From Candidatus Altimarinota bacterium (GTDB taxonomy: Bacteria > Patescibacteriota > Gracilibacteria > BD1-5 > UBA2023), in NCBI GenBank assembly GCA_043770315.1, contig JAYVIJ010000043.1:1399-65398 (forward strand): a DNA stretch of 64,000 bases. Reading direction: 5' to 3'. The stretch's first letter is position 1; every line of letters begins with the position of its first letter. Under the pieces are notes generated by a model. It was not told the origin of the DNA and did not search any database. It was given only the letters and a program-made list of their open reading frames with translations. Positions 34,548 to 46,104 of this stretch are shown in pieces. The translations under genes were made by a program, and so were the position numbers.

Positions 34548-34845
34548 ATCTACACATGACATTTCCACTTGTATCGAATCAGTAGATACATTTTGTAGCA
34601 GGACAAGACTGACTTGGTGCGACTTTCTGAAAATTCGAAGCAGGGAGTCATCCGAGCTTATTCGCATTTGCGACCGTGCCATCTCCCGCATAGGTGAGAA
34701 CTTGGTCTGGCGTGATACCGAGAATCTGTCAGAGTATTTCTGCGAATTTGCCCCCGCTCGCAGCATTCACGATACCAGAAGATATAAGGAGTGTGAGGAT
34801 ACACCCGAGAGTGAACATGATACCTCGAAGAAAATAGGAGAACAT
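34546..34845 (-). CDS. 99-aa membrane-anchored mini-protein (TM helix plus conserved Cys module only)
   Basis: MFSYFLRGIMFTLGCILTLLISSGIV...NANKLG-G-LPASNFQKVAPSQSCPATKCIY-G-FDTSGNVMCR, ending at TAA 34546-34548. The start codon is chosen at the TM helix. The track ORF 34729..35064 extends further upstream. Confidence 0.6.
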
Positions 34846-34950
34846 AGTGGAATTTTTTAAAAAATTTTTACTTTTTTTGTATGAAAAATGAAGCATTTTT
34901 CGGGAGGGATTTTTGCTTTCAAAAGAGAAATCTGATACGATAGCAATAAT

Positions 34951-37008
34951 ATGCAAATAAAGAAAAATCTCAAACATATTTTGATAGTCTCTTGTATCAG
35001 TCTGGGATTTATTTTTGGAGCATTGAATTTTTTTGGAAAAAACTTTACGCTTCCACTGACTCATTTTTTTGTATATAGAGACAATATTACGCTATTGAAT
35101 TGGCTCTATATGTATACATTTAAAGCCTCAGTAAAGGATATTGTTATTATAAAAATCGATGATACAACGCTCAATAGTCTCCAGGCATCTTCAGACTTAA
35201 AGATGCTGCGCATACCAAAATCAATCTATCGAAATCTTATCGAAAATCTTGAATCGGTCTGAGTAAAAGGGATTGCATTTGATATCGTTTTTCAAAATGC
35301 AGATACAGAGAGGGTTCAAGGGGCAAGTACTACAGAAGAAGAGGAGTTTGCAAAAACACTCATAAAATACCCGAATATAGTCATATCTACTACAGAAAGT
35401 GGTGATGGAAAATGTTTTCAAGATAATACAGGAGCATATGTGACTTGTGATTGAGTACCTCGATCGGTATATAAAGATGCAAAACTTTGATATATTGGGA
35501 TTGCTGAATCTGGCGATAATAAATTTGCTACGAAAGATATTTCGAATATTTTTGAGAAATCTCTACTCGAGGTAGATACACTCAGTCTTGCTCTCTACAA
35601 GACCAGTATTGATATTCGGCCAGTTCCATTTATAAAAAATGAAAGATATTTGGTTCCATTTTTTGGATGACCAGGAGTATATCCCAGTATTTCTTTGAGT
35701 GAAGTGTTGAAGATGCCGAAAATCCAAAGAGTTTCGAATTTTGCTGGGAAGTATATATTTATCGGCGAATCAGGAACAATGATACATGATCAATTTGTAT
35801 CTCCAGTGACAGGGAGTGCCATGGATGGTGTCGAGTCTCATGCACATTTTCTCGATGGCATACTCCAAGAACGATATCTGAAGGGATATACTCTTATAGA
35901 TCCGATTTTCTTTGCATTTGTGATTTGGCTTATCGTGACGATGAGTATCATTTACATTCTCTCACCGAAACAAGTCGGGATATTCGTTGCATTTTTTCTG
36001 ACTATTTTGATCGTCTGGATGAGTCGATATCTCTATTTTCGATATGCTATCGTGGTCGAGATCCTTCCACTTCTCCTTGCAGGAAGTATATTCACCTTTC
36101 CACTCACTTTTATCTATCGATTCTTCATCGTCGATCGAGAGAGGCGTATGATCATCGGAGCATTTGCACACTATCTCGATCCTGAACTCGTGAAAGAGAT
36201 CGCTGATAATGCAGACTCGATCAAGCTTGGAGGAGAGTCTCGTGAACTCTCTGTACTTTTTTCAGATATTGCAGGATTCACTACGATCTCAGAAAAAACC
36301 TCAGTGAAAGAACTCTTCATGCTTATGTCGAACTATCTCTCTCGTATGACGGGGATACTGATCACGCAGTGAGGAACCCTCGATAAGTATATCGGAGATG
36401 CAGTGATGGGATTTTTCGGAGCACCACTCATCCAAGAAGATCATGCGAAGCGAGCATGTCAGACAGCCCTCGATATGAGAGAAGCACTTCCAGCATTCAA
36501 TGAATGGCTCGAGACTCAGTCACTTGAGCCTATAGACTTTCGAGTGGGAATCGGGTCAGGAGAAGTAATGGTCGGAAATATCGGATCAGAAGATCGATTT
36601 AACTATACGGTCCTCGGAGATACCGTCAATCTCGCATCTCGACTGGAAGCAATATCCAAAGAATATGGAACACACATCATCGTATCTGAGACGACGTATA
36701 CGATGACGAAAGAAATATTCCTCTTTCGGAAGCTTGATCTCATCACTGTCAAAGGGAAAGATAAAGCTGTAGGGATATACGAGCTTATCGCAGATATTCG
36801 CGATAAGACGATCGACACTATGAAATATGAGCGGTATGAGCAAGCATTAGAGTACTATATGCAATGAAATTATCTCGATGCTGGAAAACTCTGGGAATCA
36901 CAGCTTCAAGAAGATCCACCCTCTCGTATCATGGCACACAGATGTCTCGATATCCTCAAAGGTGTTCTCATCGTCGAAGGAGGTGTGTATCATATGACAA
37001 AGAAATAG
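34951..37008 (+). CDS. CHASE2 sensor domain-containing class III adenylate/guanylate cyclase
   Basis: 685 aa, three same-frame fragments joined through TGA. N-terminal TM plus a periplasmic-type CHASE2-like region, then three TM helices. Cyclase motifs LSVLFSDIAGFT, GDAVMGFFGAP and RVGIGSGEVMVGNIGSEDRFNYTVLGDTVNLASRLE. Confidence 0.88.
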
Positions 37009-37024
37009 TTTGAACGGCACCTCT

Positions 37025-40012
37025 CTATATTAATGATATGAGAAATGCTCGTGTGTCTTTCCAGTGTTTGGTCTCGATCTTGATCTTCCGGACTGAGGAT
37101 ATGATCATCTCATGTCAGGAGTCGAATCTTTCGAGAAAATTTCTGAGCATTTGGGGAGAAGTGCCTTCCGCAAAGTCAAAATGATAGCTATTTCAGAGTT
37201 TCGAGACCCGGATGACACTATACGACTTCAGGATGATAGATACTCGCATCATGAGAAAAAGATTCGACATTGATTCATTCTTCGTATTCATACGAAAAGT
37301 CGACTCAGCAATATCGAGATCTTCGAGGGTTTCTATGCTTTCGATATCACGAAAGAATGAGAGCTTATCCATTTCAGAATCAAATTCGGTATCTTCTATG
37401 ACATATGAGAGTTCGAGATCGATCTTACACTGGTTTTCTTCTTTTTTTCCATTTTTGATCATCTCGATTTTCTCTTCGAGGAGCTGGAAGTAGAGAGATA
37501 TACCGACTTCTTTCGTCTTCCCTGACTGACGAAATCAGAGGATGTCTCCTGTTCCACGCATCTGCATATCGCGCATCGCTATCTCATAGCCACTTCAGAG
37601 AGCACTATGTTCTGAGAGGATCATGAGCCTTTCACGTTCCTCACTTGAGAGTTCATATTTTCTATAGAGGAGATAGCAGACTCAAGGGATATCCTTACGT
37701 CCTACTCGTCCACGGATTTGGTGGAGCTGAGCAAGACCGAATTCTTCGGCATCGGATATGATGATCGTATTGGCATTAAGGAAGTTTACTCCATTTTCGA
37801 TGATCGTCGTCGTGAGGAGGATGTCGTATTTATGTTGTTTGAATCCGAGGATGCGATCCTCGATATCATCAGGAGGCATCTGTCCGTGTGTCATGATAAT
37901 CTTTACTTCATCGTTCAGGAGCTCTCGAATCTCTCGGTCGATCATCGGAAGAGATCGCACGCGATTGTGTAGGATGATGATCTGCCCACCGCGAGCAAGC
38001 TCGGCTTCGATCGATTGTTTGACAGTATGACCTTCCCAACGGGTGACGATCGTATCGATCGGTTTTTTCGAAGGTGGGGGAGTTGTCAGAAGTGATATTT
38101 TCTTGAGTCCAGAGAGTGCCAGATGGAGACTTCGGGGGATCGGTGTTGCTGAAAGCGAGAGGATATCGACATGTGATTTCATTTTTTTGATCACTTCTTT
38201 TTGTGCGACTCCAAATCGGTGTTCTTCGTCGATGACGAGAAGTCCGAGTCTTCGAAATCGGATATCTTCGGAGAGGAGTCTATGAGTTCCCACGACGACA
38301 TCGACCGTTCCAAGTTTCATCTCTTCGAGGATTTTTTTGACTTCCTTCGCATGCGTCATGCGTGTGAGTGATCGTACTCGTACTCAGAAAGCTCCGAGAC
38401 GCTCTTCGAATGTCTCTCGATGCTCCTCTGCAAGGATGAGAAGGGGAGATATCACAGCGACTTGTACCCCTGAGAGTACGGCTTTATATACTGCATTCAT
38501 GGCGACTTCTGTCTTCCCGAATCCGACATCTCAGGCGATGAGTCGATCCATGGGATGAGGTGACTCCAAATCATGTTTCATTTCTTCGATGATCGTGAGC
38601 TGATCAGGAGTATGTATATAGGGGAATGCTGCTCGGAATTTCTCCTCCTCTTCTCGAAACTTCCCAAATGGTATACGTGTCGTGAGGCTTCTCTTCGCTT
38701 CAGTCGAGAGGATATCTTCTGCGATCGCTTCGACCTCCTCATCGGTCTTCGACATCGTCCGTTCCCACTCTTTACCTTCAAGACTCGAAAGTTCACTATC
38801 AGATCATCCGACATATTTGGTGATACGAGCCAGCTCGGTCATAGGAACGAAAACCCTATCTCCTCATCTATATTCGACTTCCATATATTCTCGTTCGATG
38901 AGACCGATACGTTTCTTGAGTATTTGGATATATCGACCGATTCCATGTTCACGATGTACGACGAGATCGCCGATTTGGATCTTGAGAAGGAGGTCGAGAT
39001 GTTTGATGGTACTTTTTCGTACTCGGTTTTGTACGAATACCGCCCCGAGGATATCATCTGATATGAGGACCAATTTTCCATTTTGAAAATATTTTTTCCA
39101 CCGTTCGCCCAGATATTTTTCTCCACCCTGAAGTACAAAACTTTCTCGAATATGACGGTATTCGAGAGTTTGTCTTTCAGTATACCCGTTGATATCGAGA
39201 AGTTCGCGAAGCTTTTTTTCATACCGAGTGATACAGAGAAGTCCATGTTGCCCATCATGCTCTATATATTCGAGAAATGCCGGAAGGGAATCGAGGGATG
39301 GCTTGGAAATATCGATTTTTTCTGATCCTTCTCGAGTGAGAGAAGAATATTCAGTACAATTGCGAAAATTTGCTATTATATATTCTCGCTCTTTGAGGAA
39401 TTCACATCCGATCATGATCGTAGGACATTGTGTAAGAAGTCAGAGGATCTCTTTCGAAAGATCAGAAGCATCCTCTGGGATAGAGACATTTTCGGAACTT
39501 AGCAAAAGCTTCTCCCTATGAAGTCGCTTCGAGGATGAAGTCTCGATGATACTTTCTATAATATCGTCGAAATATTCTATAAGATATTCTCGATCTTCTT
39601 TCCAAATACGGATGATCGATCCTTCACGTTTATAGGTTCCCGATTCACCAGGATAGTCACTCTGATGATATCCGAAATCGAGAAGTTTCTCGATAAGGAC
39701 ACTTTGTGCTAACTGCACATTTCGGGTAAGCTCAAGAGTATAGGTACGTTTTATACTTTCAAGATTTCCTTTTACTCGTATTATTTCGCTATGAATTACA
39801 ATGACTCGTTCATCATATTGATCGAGAGCAAAGAGCTCTCCTGGAGATCGGACTATGCGAACGGGATAGCCCCATATCCATGATCATACTTCTTGGATAT
39901 ATTCCTTCGTTTTATGGTCATCAGTGATAACGTATACTCGATCATGTTTTTCTATGAAAGATCCTGCCAAAAAAATGGCAGAAGTGGGATGGAGAATACC
40001 AGAGTAGATCAT
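37025..40012 (-). CDS. mfd: Transcription-repair coupling factor
   Basis: 995 aa, five same-frame fragments. CarD-like [17 protein letters not shown]. Helicase motifs [36 protein letters not shown] and [10 protein letters not shown]. Ends TAG 37025-37027. Confidence 0.9.
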
Positions 40013-40024
40013 AAGGGATAGTAG

Positions 40025-40073
40025 CTAGAAGTCTAGTAACTAGAAGTCTAGTAGCTAGTTACTAGACTTCTAG
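40025..40073. repeat. CTAGAAGTCTAG repeat cluster forming alternative strong hairpins (probable frr terminator)
   Basis: ctagaagtctag occurs at 40025-40036 and 40040-40051, and its reverse complement ctagacttctag at 40062-40073. 40025-40040 pairs perfectly (16 bp) with 40058-40073. It lies between the frr stop and the mfd start. Confidence 0.8.
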
Positions 40074-40080
40074 ACACCCC

Positions 40081-40626
40081 CTATACCTTCATAATCTCTT
40101 CATGTTTTTTCTTTTCGAGGATATCGATATCTTTGATAGCACTATCGATGGCTTTCTGGAGTTCAACTTCGTAATCCTTCGCCTCATCTTCACTAATAGT
40201 TTTTCCAGTTTTTGCAGAGTCAATTTTTTTCTTAAAATCTTGTCGTACTGTTCGTACTCCTACCTTTGCTTCTTCGGTCATTCGGCTTGCGACTTTCGTG
40301 AGATCACGGCGACGCTCTTCCGTAAGGGTTGGGATTTTTATAAGGATCGTTTCACCATTATTGGTTGGGTTGAGTCCGAGATTTGCATCCGTGATTCACT
40401 TCTCGATATCACGGATGACTCACTTATCCCAAGGCTGAATAGAAATTGTCTGAGCGTCAAGTGTCGATACTGCAGCTACATTTCTGAGTGGTTGACTTGA
40501 CCCGTATGCCATCAAATACACTCCTTCGACTATCGCAGGGTTTGCGCGTCATGCCTGGAGCTTAGCAAGCTCATTGGAGAAGTGTTCTTTGGCTTTATGA
40601 AGCTCTTGTTGAAGATTAGTAAGCAT
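40081..40626 (-). CDS. frr: Ribosome recycling factor
   Basis: 181 aa joined through TGA. ...LQA-G-RANPAIVEGV...IQPWDK-G-VIRDIEK-G-I...LGLNP...IKIPTLTEERRRDL. Ends TAG 40081-40083. Confidence 0.92.
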
Positions 40627-40759
40627 AATGAAATATATATTTATAATATAAATGTACAAATAGTGTATCCAATTTACCCTTTTCTACAAGCTTTTTTTTG
40701 ACAAAGAATACTGATAACATATTATGTTCAGGTATATTTATTTTCTTTCCTTCTCGCCT

Positions 40760-41614
40760 ATGAGATCTCTCGCCCTCACTAGTATCGCAGTAATAGCGAT
40801 TTCTTCTTTTAGTGCTGCCTTCGCAGTGGATGAGCCGACGACACCTCCGACTCCCCAAGCGACTGAGACTACTCCACCAGTACTTCCTGCTGCCCCGAGT
40901 GTGACAGCATCTGCTGGTTCCTCCCTTGGTGAATACAAATCTGTTAGTTGTAATTCGAATTCAGCTTTCGCTATCAATAATTGTGATCAATGTTTTGACT
41001 GAGGAAATGCAAAGATTGGAGTACGACTCACTGGACTCTTCGATAATTGGATTAATCCAACTTCAACTCCTCTGACAGCCTATAGAGATGAGCAAAAAAC
41101 TCCAAATATGGTAAAGTTCGGAAATACAACTTGGACGACAAGTCCTGCATCTGAAGCGGGAGTATGGAAGTATTCGAGTGATATCGTATGGACGAGTGGA
41201 AGTGGTACAAAAGCTTCATTTATCCTCCCCCCTGGTCAAAAGATCAAATTTCTTGAATCTGATATTAGTGCTGGATATACTCTCGAAAAGACTGATAAGA
41301 AAAATGGTGAGATGGTCGGTATGCTCAGATTTCCAGTAGTTTCACGTGTCACGAACCCTCAGACAGCTACAGAAGGCGCTCCAGATACTCACTATGAATG
41401 TGTGGCATATAAACTTGAAGCTCCAGTTGCAGTAGTAGTCACCCCTCCGACTCCACCTACTCCTGGTACTCCGACTCCAACTACAACGCCAGTAAAACCA
41501 ACTCCAACGCCAGAAATGACGAAGACAGAGACAGGTCCAGAGACGCTCCTCCTTATTGCAGCAGCATTTTTCATCGCATTTGGACTTATGTTTACTCTTC
41601 GTAAACGTGCATAG
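40760..41614 (+). CDS. 284-aa secreted Pro/Thr-rich protein with a C-terminal sorting-signal-like tail
   Basis: Signal peptide MRSLALTSIAVIAISSFSAAFA (an alternative upstream ATG is at 40724). Pro/Thr linkers. C-terminus KTETGPETLLLIAAAFFIAFGLMFTLRKRA, i.e. short motif, TM helix and basic tail. Confidence 0.7.
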
Positions 41615-41634
41615 TTTTCTATGCATATGGTCAA

Positions 41635-41664
41635 AAATAACCTCATCTGAGGTTATTTTTTTTG
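41635..41664 (+). terminator. Rho-independent terminator
   Basis: aaataacctc-atct-gaggttattt followed by a T-run. Confidence 0.7.
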
Positions 41665-41819
41665 TGAAGAAGAAGTGAAGAAGGAAAATGATATTGACAA
41701 TCACTATAATAAATTTATTATTATTTCATCTATATTCGAGATATAAAAGAATAGCATTTTTTGCAAAATATGAAGATATGTGGTAGGGTAGTATGGTAAT
41801 ATATTCTAATTTTCATTTT

Positions 41820-44800
41820 ATGTTTACGATTCGTTATGGAAGACATACCTCTGCACAGCAGGTTCATTTAAACTATCTAGCCCCCTGAGCTGCTGCGAGT
41901 GGTCCAAATGAAGCGGTTCCTAAAGCGACATGACCTACGATCGATGATCTTATGAAACAAGCTCGTGAAAAACTCGATGCAGTAAAAACCAATACTGATG
42001 AAAGTTATGTGAGAAATGAGGTCTATGGTTCATGGCTCAGCAGTAGTGCTGTACGAGATATTCTCAAGCAAGTCATCAAAATGAATGAAGGAAAACGAGC
42101 AGATGTTCTCAAACTCATTACTGATATTTCTGCGCAAGCTGAATGGCAGGCTCCGGCGAATAAAAAAATCATAGAAGAGCTCAAAGCTTCATTTGTCATA
42201 GAAGAAAAGAAAATCGAGGAGAAGAGAGATATCGCAACAGCAAAAGTAAAGACAGAGACACGAACTTCTCTTACTGGGCTTGATCGTATGCGATGAAGTC
42301 TAGATTCGGCACGTACAAAGTATGATGGAAGACTGAATTTTAATGATATTATGGCGATCTTCAAGGATCCAGCAGCTTTTAAGAAGTTTGAAGCCATTTC
42401 TAAGAGTGATGCCTATCTTCAGGAAAATAGAGATTGAGTACAAGCTCCAGACAATGAGCTGATGAAACTCCTTGATGCATCAGGATATATCGCACGAGGA
42501 CGATATGGTCTATCGAATAAAAATAACTATCAAAATCCAGAACTTGGTGCAGTCCTCGAGCTTCGTGACGAACTCATGACGCAACCAAAACTTCGAGAAG
42601 ATCTTATGTCTGCAGAATACACTCGTTCTCAGGTCGTCTCTGAATATGATCCAAAATCTCCAAATATTTCTGTGGTACTCCAACATCTTGCAGATCTGAG
42701 TGGTGATGGGGTGTTGACAGCCAACAATGGAAAAGAATATAGCGGTAATGTCGTCTTTGCACTTTTTCAGAAAGTACTTGACTGAGGGAAAGATACGAAT
42801 CTTCACCTAGAAGGAGAACTTCCTCTCTTTAATGCAGTTCGATCAAAAGTAACAAATTTTGATGAATTATATAAACTTATCCAGACCCGTGTGAGTATCA
42901 GTAGTACGGATATAGCAGAAAGACTGAAATCAAAAGATTGACTGAAGTCTCTCGTAAAAGAATTTCATAGAGGACATCTGACTGATACAGCTCGTACGAC
43001 ACGAAATGTATCTCGTGAATTCGATCGGACTAAAGAAACTCGTTATCAGATCGAAAAGGCAGATGAGATGATCCAAGAAGTCGCAAAAATAAAATGAGCC
43101 CTCGTAAAAGAAGGTATGGGCGATAAGGTAGCTGCCAAGATCAAAGAACTCGGAGTCAATCCAGATGGAAAAACAGTCGATGATATCATCGGGAATACAG
43201 CCCTCCAGCTCTTTAAACTCAATCCTCGATTCTACTATTCACTCGGGGCGCATGCTTCAGTGACTGATACTGTGACAGAGACGACAAAAATCACTCAGAC
43301 CATTATCAAGAATATTACGATCGTACAAGATTCAACAGGTCATGAAGTCTCTCGTACATCGACGACTGCTGATGGCGGTACGACGACTGAGAGATCTTCT
43401 GATACAGCTCGAAGTGTAAAACTTAATCCAGTTCTTGTCGTAGGATTCAATCAAGATATATTTCGATATCGATCAGAGACTGCAGGTGCTATAGCTCAGG
43501 CAGGAGTCTGAGCTATAGCATGAGTCGATGGTGTACGATTTCCTATCACTCTCGGAGTCAATGGAGATGTCACACTCGATAACAAGAATGGGAAAATCCA
43601 GACCCAAGGACTCGAAGGGAATTTCGTCGTCGGAGGCCGTATCAGTCTTTCGAAAGATCTCAGATCTGGAGATGTGATCCCATCAGTTGGAGTTGATGTG
43701 AATCCCAATGATGTCAAAAATGCCATCGAGAAACAAGAAGTCCGTCTTGCGAATCTTCTCTCGAAGATCAAAATCGATGATAAAGGTGATGCGAACTTCT
43801 CCGATCTTCGCAAAGAAATAGTAGAACTCGATCGCGCAAATCCAAAAGATAAAAAAATCCAAGCTGAAATCCGTCTTATGCATAGATTCCTCAATGATCT
43901 AGAATCTATCATGATCAGTGATGCTATGAAATCCAAGTCTCCGGAAATGAAGCGAGTACTTCTTGGGAATAATCTTCTCGCATTCCAGTCAAGCTATATC
44001 GCCGCAGTTCGCGATGATCTGAAATGAATGCATGTTGCTGGTCTTAATGTCTCATTTATCCCGATGATCAGTGGGGTATTCGTCGGCCTCAATGTCCAAC
44101 ATATCCAACAAAAAGTCGTAAAGATCGGTGGACAAGATATCGTAGAAGATCGTATCATGACATCACCAAATGTATCTCTTGATACACTGAAAGGAAAGGT
44201 CACACTTGACGCTGATAAAAAATCGCTTATCCTCCAATCTTCTCAGGGTGTTGAGGTAGCTCCAGGTATCACATCAAGCCTCACTCCAGAAGGACTCGTA
44301 AAAATCACTCCAGCAGATGGAAAGAAATTTGAACTCAAAGATGTACGATACAATACACTCGAGTGAGTCAATCTTCGTACACTCTATATCGTCCAAGTTG
44401 ATGCTGTGGCTCCTGCAGCACGCCCAAAAGCAGCGATAGCACCGACTCCAGTTGCTCCGCCATCAGCTATATCAGAATCATGAAATAAGCCGAGAATGGT
44501 ATACAATCAAGCAGAAGTCGTCACACAACTCAGGCAAGCAAATAGTACGGAAGATAAGCTCTTTATCCTCTCACGCACGAATCCTACATTTGCAAAAGCG
44601 ATGGATCTCGTCGTCGATGATGAGTTTGAGTCAGCAATCAGTCTTCTTAAGCAAGATAAAGCCCTTGCCCCTTTTGTAACATATATAAATTCATTAACTG
44701 ATACAGCACAGAGAAACAAATTTCTCGATGATCTTCTTTTTGCGAGTTCAGGTTCACGTAAAACTCGTACACTGACTCAAGCTGAGTGAGCTTCATTTAA

Positions 44801-45806
44801 CGCTGAATATGCCAAAAATCGTTCTGCATTTGCGAATCGACTTGTCGAACATGCTGGACTCAAAAAGGGAACCCCTGAAGCACAAAGACTTATAGATGCA
44901 CATACGGTTCTAGCGAGTGAACTTACTTTTGAGACTCAGGGGGAAGTTGCAAAATTTATAACTGCATCTGAAAAACTTCCTCAAGCAAAAGATATCTCAG
45001 GTTTGGTTACATTCTCTCAGATTAGTCCACAAGGAAAATTGACCGTTGGAGGTCTCAAATGATTCCGCGGAGATATTAATATCGTAAATCTCACATCAGA
45101 TATCACAGATAGCACTATGAAAGATCTCTTGATCGCAGATGCGAGAAGAACTGGAGTTTTGCAGTCGAATATGGACAGTTCGAATGCACATATCAAAAAT
45201 ACTATCAAGACAGATTCTGCCCCACAATTCGATCTGATTACTTATAAGGAATTTCTCCGTACAGGGACTCTTCCAAAGTGATTTGAGTCAGTGTCAGTCG
45301 TCTCAGCTCCACAATACAAGATGGCACGATGCGCTCTTCCATGAGCTGTGTGTTTCAATGATGTAATGCTCCTCGGGTATCCAAAAATCGCAGCAAAACC
45401 TGCAAATCCAAATCTTCCTCCCGTTCCAGAGACTCCAGTAGCGATAGATCAATCTCCGACACTCAGTACTCTCCGTACAGGTGATCGTACAGCAAATGCT
45501 GGTAGTGATACAGAGGCAACACTCGGATTTAACTTCTCTCGAGTGATCAATACAGTAACCAATCAAGTCATCGATAATGTCACGAAAGAAATAGTAAACC
45601 AAACTGTAGTTATCCAACCTCATACAGAACCTGAAGCTCCTCCAGTAGCTCCTCCATTAGTACCTCCTCGGACAGAGCCTGCAGCTCCTCCAGCAGTACC
45701 TCCAGCAGTACCTCCAGTAGCTCCTCCTCCAAGTACGATTCCATCAACTCGACCTCGTCCTGGTACTCCTACTCCACCCCCTCCTTCTCCAACACCAGGA
45801 GGATAG
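41820..45806 (+). CDS. 1328-aa hypothetical protein with a proline-rich C-terminal tail
   Basis: Frame 0 is open from ATG 41820 (alternative ATG 41793) to TAG 45804-45806. All gaps between the seven listed fragments were read codon by codon. No signal peptide seen. The tail reads EPEAPPVAPPLVPPRTEPAAPPAVPPAVPPVAPPPSTIPSTRPRPGTPTPPPPSPTPGG. Confidence 0.75.
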
Positions 45807-45857
45807 AAATACTATAAATTTTACATTTGACAATAGCTATTTTATAAATACATTATT

Positions 45858-46076
45858 ATGAAAACATATATACTTATCTTGTCATCACTCTTTCTTCTCA
45901 CATCTTGTGGATGATCGAAGTGAGACACAGATACGCCGACCAATACTGACCCTGTAACTCCTACTGTTTCCCAGACAAAATCCTCAGACTGAGTTCCTGC
46001 CATCGATCCAAGCACTATAGAGAGTGCTGCTATCACGACGGATGGTTCGACGGGAGTGACTATTCGTCCTCGATAA
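45858..46076 (+). CDS. 72-aa lipoprotein (hypothetical)
   Basis: MKTYILILSSLFLLTS-C lipobox, with a Thr/Pro/Ser-rich mature part. Three in-frame TGA. Ends TAA. Confidence 0.55.
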
Positions 46077-46104
46077 TTTCTCTTATTCTTTATTCTTCGC
46101 TTCT

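Noticed and set aside
34846-35064. N-terminal extension of the mini-protein (track ORF 34729..35064, starting MSQWKRK...).
   Set aside because: The extension is Lys/Ser/Phe-rich low-complexity sequence that would overlap the start of the divergent cyclase gene. Family members begin at the TM helix, so ATG 34843-34845 was preferred, although the true start is unproven.
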